Of a stretch of DNA of 64,000 nucleotides, positions 53,456 to 64,000 are shown one piece after another; the first letter of the stretch is position 1, and each line of letters starts with the position of its first letter. This DNA is from the human T2T-CHM13v2.0 reference genome, Homo sapiens, in the NCBI RefSeq assembly GCF_009914755.1, contig NC_060934.1; one strand, written 5' to 3'. The notes beneath the pieces are model-generated. The model ran no database searches. It saw only the letters and a program-made list of their open reading frames with translations, and had not been told where the DNA came from. The translations under genes were made by a program, and so were the position numbers.

Positions 53456-55067
53456 GAAAAGACCTGGGGTCTCTCGGTATCACCTCTTCCTGTCTGTTTT
53501 CCTCTGAAGAGGAGAAGCCCACCTGCTGTGCAGTGCTGACCGTCCCCCTCCCTGAGACCCGCTCCACCCCTAGCTGTTTCCTCACCATCTCAGATCTTCT
53601 GTCTTCACCTTGAGCTGCCCCTTCACCCGGCCCAGATGTTCTGGAAATTCAACCCGTGCCTTCTGGATTCTTCTTTGCCCTCGGCGTTTCTCTCTCCTAC
53701 CTGACAAGAGGGTCCTTGGCCCCATTGCCTCTGCCCTCTAGTCGTGTTCTGTGTTCTGCCCCAAGAGATTGTGGCTGCTGTTCCTCCCAGGTGCCCCCGC
53801 TGCCCCCAGCTGCGGTGTCTCCAGTCAGCCTCGGAATTCCCTTCTGCTGTCTTCTCTTCTCTGTGCTACTGTGACTGTGGTTTCATGAACCACTGGGCTT
53901 GCTAGGTCCCCAGTTCTTCGTCTTGAAATTAGGGCAGAAAAGTCTTGGAACCGTTTCCTGCATGCTGATGCTGGACCTGCCCCTTTTTTCCTCGGCATCT
54001 CTTTTGGTGTTTTCCTGAAACTCCCATCTGGTGATGACTTGCTGTTTCTCAGAAAACTGTGCTGTTCTTCAGCTGCCAGGAGAAATGGGTCAGATTCCAG
54101 TGTGTGACATCCAGACAGCTTCATAGGCAGCCCACCTGGCTCTCCAAGCCTTTTTCCCTCGTGGAGACCCAAGTAGAACCAGTGCGTTCCCCAGGAAACA
54201 CCAAACATCTGGGTGTGAGGAGCCTCCTGAGGGTTAGCTCCCCCAATCAGTGGTTGATAGAAATAGCATGAGCGCCTAGTGCCAGAGTAACTGGAGCTGA
54301 TACTTATTGATCGCCTGCTGTTCAACGTGCTTTGTATTTCTCAACTGATTTAGTCTTTACAATAGCCCTATTAAGTAGATACTTTGATTGCTTTCTGATG
54401 AAGACACTGAGGCCTAGAGACCTTAATTAACCTACCCAAGGCCACAAGAGCTGGGATGGGGTAACGCGCTGGTTTAAACCCTGGTTGGCTAGTTCCAGAA
54501 CCACTCTCTTTCCCATTTGGCTCCTAGAGACAGTGTTGCTAAGTCCTGGCTATCCCGTGGTGTTTGGAAACAGGGCCCATGCCTGCCATCCACATCAATG
54601 GAGAACAGGCTGGATGCTTTGGGCTGGAAAGATGCCGACATTATCCCTGGTGGAGCTTTCCATCGAAGTGGACATGCATAAAGCAACTTAAAAACTCTGG
54701 TGAAATGCCACAAGAATTGGGTGAGTGTGAAGGGGAGGGAGGAGAGTTAGAAGGGGCTGGTCACGAAGGCTTGTGGGAGGAGACCTTGGCGATGGCCCCA
54801 CTGTGTTGGCAGCAGGTGGCTGTATCTTGGCCACTCGTGGATTGCAGTGCTGGATTGAGGCGTTTGGGGCTTTGCAGTCAGTTCTTACAGGCATTGACAT
54901 CATTTCAAGTCCACAAATGTTACTACCTTCCCTTAGGATGACCCTGGGAAAAGACTACTGCATGCAGGACCTTGGCATAGTCTGTTCCATCTGGGGCTGA
55001 GAATGCCAGAATTTTCTATAGAAGGAAACTTTGACCATGATCCACAGTAGGAAATTGATGCTTACTT

Positions 55068-55140
55068 GGTATATGTGTGTGAGTGTGTCTGTGTGCATTG
55101 TATGTGTGTGTGTGTATGTGTGCGTGTGTGTTGTGCATAT
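55068..55140 (+). repeat. Degenerate (TG)n
   Basis: tatgtgtgtgagtgtgtctgtgtg...gtgtgtg. Confidence 0.85.
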
Positions 55141-56297
55141 GAAGCTGGAAAATGCTCATGAAGAAGTTCTACACTGATTCCCTGTGATGCATTCTGGCAT
55201 TTTCTAGTCTAGTCTCCTTTAGTCTATTCTAGACTAATGTATTTCAGTTAAAAAAAAATTGCTGGTTGACAGGCACTAAATTTATTTCATGAGCACTAAT
55301 GGATCTCAACCTGCACTGGAAAAACACTCCTCTTTATTCATCTCAGGACTCTGCCCCTCTGTCTCCTGCTTAGTTTATTATGAAAATATTGTCAGCTTTC
55401 TGCATTTCTTCCATTGTCGTGTAGAGCCCCAGGCCCCTGACGCTCAGGCAACTTTCCTGACCAGCATGCGGATTGAACTGGGGTGAAGATTAATTGAATT
55501 TGAGGCCCCCCAAGCTGAGGTTGGCACACAGATGCAGAGGGTTTGTCTTCCTTCTGGGGCACTGTCCCCAGGGAGCAGGCTTCCCCATCTCTTTCCATTC
55601 TAACCATCACATGGCGCCATTTCCATCTGGCTTTCTTAGAGAGGAGCTGTGTTGAAATAAGCTATTCTGTAATCTCAGTAAATACAGCTGATGGGTGAGT
55701 TCTGCCCTCCAAGAGGCACATTTTTTGATTCCCTTAAAAATAATTTCCTGATTTGAAATGAACTGTATTTTCTTGCCTTAAATCTTACCCAGAATTCTTC
55801 CTTATGAGGAGTTTTTGCTGCTTTTTGTGTATTTATTTCCGGGCTAGCATCTGGGATCCACACGGCTACTCACAGATTTGTACACATAGAACTTTACTGT
55901 CCTCAGAACAAATGATCTGAATGTGTTAGGGATGATGATAATTTAAGATCAGATGGAATAGGATTTGCTGGCAGGTGAGGAAGTCACGTTTCACTGAGTA
56001 ACTTTGGGCCTGTCTGGCACCTCTCCTACAGCAGCTCCTGCCTTCGCCCCTTCGTCTTTATATGTGTGTTCCAGATTTTCATAAAGGTATCAAGTCCTGG
56101 TAGTTGCATTAAACAAAGCAGCCATTTATTGTGTCCTTGCCCTCAGTTTAAAAGTAATATGTGATCTGGTTAGAAAAATGCCAAAAAGTTAATTAAGAAA
56201 AATAAGAATCATTTATCACCCTACCTTCCAGAGATTACACTGTTAGCATTTTTGTTTTTACAGTGATGAGCTCTTTTTGCTTATTTAGCATTATCCT

Positions 56298-56403
56298 ATA
56301 TATATACACACACATATGTATACACCCACACCTATATATACACACATATAAATGTAACATATGTATAGTATAAATTCTCATGTGTATACACACACACACA
56401 CAC
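56298..56403 (+). repeat. (TA)/(CA) low-complexity tract
   Basis: tatatatatacacacacatatgtatacac...cacacacacac. Confidence 0.85.
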
Positions 56404-57439
56404 TTTTACAGTGTTGCATTTTTCTGTATATATCTACCTGTGTCCTTCAGTATTTTTCAAGCACACATTTTGAAAGGTTACACATTGCCTCATGGCTGTA
56501 TGATAACTTACTTAACCAGTTTTCCATTTGAGGGCACATAGCTGGTTTCTAGTTTTCAGTTTTCATGAACAGTGCTTGGCTGACCTCTCTGTCTATGGCA
56601 AAGGCCTTGCTCCATCTGGTTTGCTCTGAGGCATCCAGATTTTCAAATGCTCTAAAGTCCGATGAAAGTCATGATCAAGGCGATTAGGGCTTGATTCCTG
56701 GGTGATGACTCTGTGCTTCTTTCATTGGCGCCGTGTGTCTGCCCTGCCTTGGTTTCCACTAGAGCTCCCGTCTGTTTCTTTTCCACTTCCTTCTATGCTT
56801 CTTGTCATTGGGCTATGCAGCTGCCATGGTGGATGAGTCGGGAGCCACTTCCCTCTCTCAGAAGCCACCTGCTTCTGTGACCTTTGTGTTTCTTGGTACA
56901 GGATTGTTGGCCAAGTTAGGTAAGGAGACGAGAACTCCGGTGCGTTCCACTCCCTCTGACCTGACGAATCAGGGCCTGGAGCAAACCAACCAATGAGATG
57001 TTGGCACCGTCATAGACCAGCAAGCAGCTTAAAGAAATTTGGGAGTATTTTGAGTCAGAAGGGTTTCCCAAGAGCAAGTAATAAAATATTTTCACCTTCT
57101 TGATTTTGAGTGGAGGAGGGGGTGCACTGATGGTGTTAATTGATCTGAGGATGTCATGGGCATGAGTCAGGAGTCTATTTGAGAGTCTCTCATCATTCGT
57201 GGGGACACAGATGCGGTGGTTTGGATGAGGACCGTCTAGGTCACATTGTCTGTATGGAGACAGACTTGTTGAATTAGAATATTGGGCAGCTGAGGCTGGC
57301 AACTCAGGTGAAGCCAACCATGACAGGAAGGACTACACTTGTTGAGAATCAGCAACAGGCCAGGCCTTCTGGAGAGTTCTCCTGCAACAAAGAGAAGAGA
57401 GGGAGGTCCCAGAGTCGAGGAGGTGAGTAGGCCAAGTTT

Positions 57440-58172
<733 letters not shown>

Positions 58173-58289
58173 CCACGGTAGACGTCATCGTGGACGTCAG
58201 TGTAGAGTTCACTGGCAGGTCAGTGGTGAACAAAGGACTGGAGAGGAAGTGGGTCCTTAGCCAGGCACCCACAGTCAGTTTGACATGGG

Positions 58290-58455
58290 AGCTGCAGGAC
58301 TGGAAACTTCTTAGAATCTAGTGTGCACATGAGTCACCTGGAGGTCTTGTTAAAATGTGATTCCGACTCTGTAGGGAGGGGGCCTCAAGATGTTTCATTA
58401 TAATCAACTCCCAGCTGATGCTAAGGTTGTGGGTCCCTGGCCATATATTGAGTCA
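58290..58455. mobile_element. MER5A-like hAT MITE
   Basis: gagtcacctggaggtcttgttaaaatg...aactcccagctgatgctaaggttg. Confidence 0.6.
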
Positions 58456-60734
58456 GAAGTGGCCACGCCTCGCCTTGCACAGACAGCTGCTGTGTGAGCA
58501 GTAGTGTTTGTGGGTAGGGCACCTGGTCTCAGTTCTTGCAGCCTTCAAGGCTGGCTTCATTCAGGCTGCCTGCCCTCAGCTGTCTGACGTTCTGGACTAT
58601 TTTGATTTGATAAGTTTGCCCTACACACAGATGATGACACACTTGCAAGTGTGTCATGTTAAGAAAGACTCAGCAGAAGAAGGAACGAGGGAAGTGAAGA
58701 AAATATTTTATGGCTTGCTCTTAGAGGACCTGTGGGTCCAAATGCTCCCCATTTCACTATACTGCTTGCTGGTCTGTGGCCCTGCAGAGGGTTGGGTAGT
58801 CTGGCTGAGATCTGAACTCACCAGGTGCTGCAGCATTCCAGTCTTCTTGGTTGCTTCCTAGGATTCTTCCTGCCCGCTCTGGAGGGAACAATACCACTCA
58901 CATAGGCAAGAATTAATCAGGAGAGGTCTGGATAAATACACTTGTTTCCTTGAGCACCTCTCCACCCACATTTATACTGTGCACAGTACTTTGCAACAGT
59001 AGCAGAAATGCAGCAGTAGCACTACCTTGCAGAAATGCAACAGTAGCTGAAATGAAAATCATCTCTCTTCCACCGTTTCTTCAGCAAACCAAGTATTTCT
59101 ATTGGTTTTCTTCCAATTCTAGTGCATGCCCATCAAAATGTTTATGCTTGCAACCTGCGTAGTTTTTGGTTTACTGATTTTTTTATCATTTTATCACAAC
59201 ACCTTTCCATTATTAATGTGTAGTTGTAATTGTAATGGCTGTATGCCAGTTCAGAACATGTGCCTGAATTGATGTGCAATCATTTGCTTAATCAAATGAT
59301 TTTTCCTCAAATTAATTTTTCTATTGTTGAATACTACCGTGTTGCTTTTAGCATTTTAAGCCTGCAACAAATTATTTCATTGATAAGTAGTGTGTGTTTA
59401 TGTTTTCTTTAATTTTATGATCCATTTTTCCATGTTGATTCCTTCACATTGCCACTTGTTAGAGGACAATGCTTTAATTTGAGATTGCAGAATTCTAGGC
59501 ACTTGCTTGCCATCCCTCCTGCCTTGTCCCCAGTAATGATGCTCACTGGTGGAAAATCTCTCCTTTGGCCATGGTGGCTTCAGTGCTCAGGAACCTGAAC
59601 TTATTTTCTTCTCCCACCCCTGATCTTGTTCAGAGATCTCTCTTGTTAGGTGCTCCTCCCACATCTGTGCCCTCGGTCTTGGATTCTGCCTGCTGCCAAC
59701 ATGCAAGGTGCCAGTGAGCCCCTTTCTCCTTCCTCCATCATGGTCAGGATTTATTCAGCATTTCTCTGAAAGTGAGCAGGTCTCAGAGTTATGCTTAGTA
59801 CCTCATTGTTGAGTTATGTATTCACCTGTTTAAAAAATTCCTTCAATCATATGTTCATTCTCCTGTGTGCCAGGCACTGTGCTAGGCACTGAGGAGTTAC
59901 AGCACCAATCACACAGATACGCTCTGTATTCTCATGGTGGTTCCATTGGAGTGAGCAAGGCAGGCGTGAACTCAATAACCATCCCCTATGTGTATAGTTG
60001 CATAGTTGCAATATGTGATTTTAAGCAAATCACAGACATAAAATTATCATTGTGGATTGTAGTCACTCATTTTAAGAAAAAGTAAAGGTCAGGGTGACAA
60101 GGTATATCGGGGCATTGGAAGTAGTTTAGGGGTTCAAAGAAGGTGCTGATACAAAGGTAGTCACCATGAGGTGCTTGGATATGTAATACAGCAGAGGAAA
60201 ATGCCAAACCCAGACTCTCGTATGGTTTGGAGAGAACTGTGCTGCCACTTTTGTCCAGAGGGGTTGTGGAGCATGAAGTAATCCTAATCCCTTCTGTTCG
60301 TGCAGTACTCTCAGGCACCAAAGACTTTGATGCGTGTTATCTCTTAGGATCCTCCCAGCACTGCCATGGTGGTTGTTAAAAATAATGAGAAAGCTTTCTA
60401 AAGGGACGGGCAGAGAACATCATCATGCAAAGTCTGTGCGTCTTAATAGCTGACTCATTGATGGAAACATTTATATCCCACATCCACTGGCTCTTGTCTG
60501 GCTTCTTCAAATGCACCTGTCCCTAGGACCCCTTCCTAGAGATACCAGCATTTAGAACAGACCAGTCTAAACAAGGTCTTCTCAAGTGAACTGAAGATAC
60601 TAGGCCTGCAAACGCTCATCTGCACTTCACTTACGATGTGGCATTTATAAATGCATTCACCGTAGGTGTTTGTAGATTCTTTTTATGTTTTAAGTTTTAA
60701 GTTTGCAGCATTGAGGCCTATTTTGATTGCAAAT

Positions 60735-61010
60735 TGCATAAACCTCAAATAAGATCTAAATCAAAGGAAAGGTATTGCATGCTTATAGGTGACTCAACAT
60801 TAAGAATTCAGTTCTTCCCAACTTGATCTACAGATTCACTGCAGTCCCAATCAAAATCCCAGCAAGTTTTTTTGTGGCTATTGACCAACTGATTCCGAAG
60901 TTCATGTGGAAAGGCAAAAGACCCAGAATAATCAACACAATATTTATGGAGAACAAAGTCAGAGGACTGGCACTACTCGACTTCAAGTCTGCTGGAAAGC
61001 TCCAGTAGTC
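60735..61010 (+). mobile_element. L1 ORF2 fragment
   Basis: LIYRFTAVPIKIPASFFVAIDQLIPKFMWKGKRPRI resembles L1 ORF2p (YRFNAIPIK...LKFIWNQKR). Confidence 0.85.
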
Positions 61011-62468
61011 TAATTACAGAAACCCAACTCCAATTCACATTAGAAAGAAGGAAATTAATTGATTCATGTAGTTTGGGAGTCCAAGTGTTAAGCATGAGTG
61101 AGTTTAGGATTTAGAAGGTATCCTCCTCTTGGCTTAGTATTTATTTCTCTCCATTTGAGGGAAAAGTGGCTGCCAGTAGCCAGAGGCTTGCAATTTTCTT
61201 TTTTGTCTAATAGTCTTCGAGGACACAGAGTGACCGTCTCCCTCTTTAAGGCAATGTTAATCTTCAGACAGAACCATCGTTAACCTTCTTTTAAGCAGGA
61301 GGCTATCCCTGAAAGGAAAAGACTGTGAAGTTGAAACAGAAGTAGAGCTTCATAATGCAGAAAATGGAGAAAGAGGGATGAGAGGACTCACAGGAAGGCT
61401 GAAGGGACATTTGTAAATGCAGCTGAAGCCAGTGCAAATTGGCGACTTTGTGAAATGGGTTTTGCAGCTATTCTTTGGAGCTGTCTGCTGAGGTGATGGA
61501 AAGGGTAGTTAAAAGCTTCATTTAGGATTGGTGTTCTGCCAGCATGCCAAGTAGCCCAAACCAAGGCCTGGGAGGAGAGCAGACTTTAAATATGTCCCAG
61601 GAAACGTTTTATTGAGAAACATGTCAACTACCACTATAGCATTATCAAGAGGGAAAAAGGAATATTTCATATGTGAGCTTAAAAAATCATTAGCTCTGTT
61701 ATATTGAATACTTGCAAAATTTCATTAAAATTGTTTTTGCAGAATTTTATGATAGAATAAATTACTTTTGTGTATGTATTGATGAAATCATGGAGTTATA
61801 TGAGTTTGGATTTCTCAAGCACCCAAATAGTCAACATCAAGAATCAGGGAATTAGGAGGTTAGAAAGTCACATCTTTAGTTTTTTTCAGGAACTTGCCCA
61901 GGAACAGAGGGGTCCTAGGTGGGATGACCAGACCCCAGTTCTCTGTTCTTCAGCCCAGTGCTTTTTTCATGACATCACTCAAGTCAGATTTTAAATTTGT
62001 GCATTACACTGGCTTTATTTAGAATCCTGTGCCAGGCAATATAGTTTTGATTAGAAGCTGAACAGTATTATTCTCCATGAACTGTGAATGTGACACTTTT
62101 ATAATTCAAGTAGAATTATTTTTCCCTTGGGAAATCCTATACATTCAATATGGTACATTGAATTAGCAAAGAGGTAGAAGAAAAAAGGGGCTATAAAAAG
62201 TGTATCTTATTAAAACAAAGTAGGTTTTCTTCTTGCCTGTGTCACCTTTAGATAGTAATTCTTAGCATCACTATTTTTTAAATCACAAATTGTCTTCTAT
62301 CTAGTGAAATGATTAAGAAAGAACAGTAGTCCTCATTTGATTAGGTGAAACGTGACACAAGTCTCGTTGATTTTTGAAAAGGACATTTTCATATAATTCC
62401 AAGAAATACACATTCTGACATTAAACATTTTATATGATCCCTATTGAAGATTAAAAGGAGAGGTGTTT

Positions 62469-62790
<322 letters not shown>

Positions 62791-62844
62791 AGAGTTGTTA
62801 TGTCTGGGAAATTAGGTGGCCATCAAGTTTTTTCATGGTTTTTC

Positions 62845-63455
62845 TTTCATTGATTGATTGATTGATTTGATTGACGTACTGAGACCGAGTCTCACTGTCA
62901 CTTAGGCTGTAGTGCAGTGGTGCAATCTTGGCTCACTGTAGCCTTGACCTCCTGGGCTCAAGTGACCCTTCCGCCTCAGCTTCCAAAGTAGCTGGGACTA
63001 TAGGCCAGCACCACCACAGATGGCTAATTTTTGTAATTTTTGTAGAGATATGGTTTCGTCATATATTAGTCTATTTTCACACTGCTATAAAGAACTACCT
63101 GAGACTGGGTAATTTATAAAGAAAAGAGGTTTACTTGACTCACAGTTCCACAGGTTTAACGGAAGCATGATTAGGAGACCTCAGGAAACTTACAGTCATG
63201 GAGGAAGACGAAGGGGAAGCAAGGACCTTCTTCACATGGCGGCAGGAGAGAGAGCGGAGGGGGAAGTGACACACACTTTAAACCATCAGATCTCATGAGA
63301 ACTCACTGTCATGAGAACGGCAAGGGGGAGGTCTGCCCCCGTGATTTAGTCACTTCCCACCATGCCGCTCACCCGACACGTGGGGATTACAATTTGAGAT
63401 GAGATTTGGGTGGGGACACAGAACCAAACCATATCACTCCATGTTGCCCAGGCTG
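62845..63455 (-). mobile_element. AluJ (5'-truncated, (GATT)n tail) split by a THE1 LTR
   Basis: Antisense Alu at 62880-63061 resumes as ccatgttgcccaggctg after the LTR. Confidence 0.88.
63062..63436 (-). mobile_element. THE1 (C/D-like) MaLR solo LTR
   Basis: tattagtctattttcacactgctataaagaactacctgagactggg...accaaaccatatca; flanks cgtca / ctcca. Confidence 0.93.
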
Positions 63456-63808
63456 AGTGCTAGATTCCTGTGTGTTATTTTAGGGCACTTTATACTTTTA
63501 TTATTTACCAGTGTTTGAGAAGTTTATGATGGTTCACAAAACTTTCTCTTCCTACGTGGGTCTTATGTGTGTTTTTGAGTGAGCTGATGATACACTCGTG
63601 GCCAGCACTGTTCTGTGCTGTGTTTCTCCACCCAGTGTGTGGACATCTTGCTATGTGCACAGGTAATATGTCCTTCTTACACAGAGGGGTGCAAAGGTTG
63701 AGTCAAATCAGCATCCAAGGAGTTGCTGATAAATTGAGAACTTCCTGACAGCAAGTGACACCAAAACCTCAACTAAAATGATCAGCAAAGATCCATTAAG
63801 AAAATATC

Positions 63809-64000
63809 GGCCAGGCACGGTGGCTCGTGCCTGTAATCCCGGCACTTTGGGAGGCCGAGGTGGGCGGATCACAAGGTCAGTAGATCAAGACCATCCTGGC
63901 TAACACGGTGAAACCCCGTCTCTACTAAAAATACAAAAAATTAGCTAGGCGTGGTGGCTGGCGCCTGTAGTCCCTGCTAATCAGGAGACTGAGGCAGGAG
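63809..64000 (+). mobile_element. AluY-like, cut by the window end
   Basis: gatcaagaccatcctggctaacacggtgaaaccccg. Confidence 0.92.

Noticed and set aside
55230-55328. ACTAA cluster as QKI binding sites
   Set aside because: Lies in what looks like a hAT/MER remnant, with no adjacent candidate exon found.

Overview
Primate (very probably human) genomic DNA from the middle of DOCK1 (DOCK180, a Rac GEF), transcribed on the + strand. Eleven internal coding exons were placed by hand (6283-6408, 10773-10897, 12258-12356, 13931-14003, 19228-19331, 19715-19898, 25313-25410, 30217-30306, 30656-30756, 40267-40401, 49254-49362; labelled A-K). All are bounded by AG and GT, and they splice into one stop-free 1244-nt frame, (G)[10 protein letters not shown]...SDQTVRVK. 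This covers the C2/DHR-1 lipid-binding domain and the start of the helical region. From memory these are about exons 13-23. The rest is intron, with about 30 Alu copies or fragments, L1 pieces, two THE1 LTRs, other old repeats and a 1-kb CA-rich array. I see no second protein-coding gene, RNA gene or CRISPR array, and I cannot demonstrate a wholly new system. The best leads are: a locally templated Alu-fragment insertion with repair scars; an L1 with 5'-inversion geometry; an Alu+L1 composite inside one TSD pair; a phase-symmetric DHR-1 exon block that would give a stop-free circRNA; closely spaced inverted Alus; candidate unannotated poison exons and microexons; and an antisense THE1 LTR with an intact DUX4 site and a downstream splice donor. 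Repeat subfamily names and boundaries are by eye.
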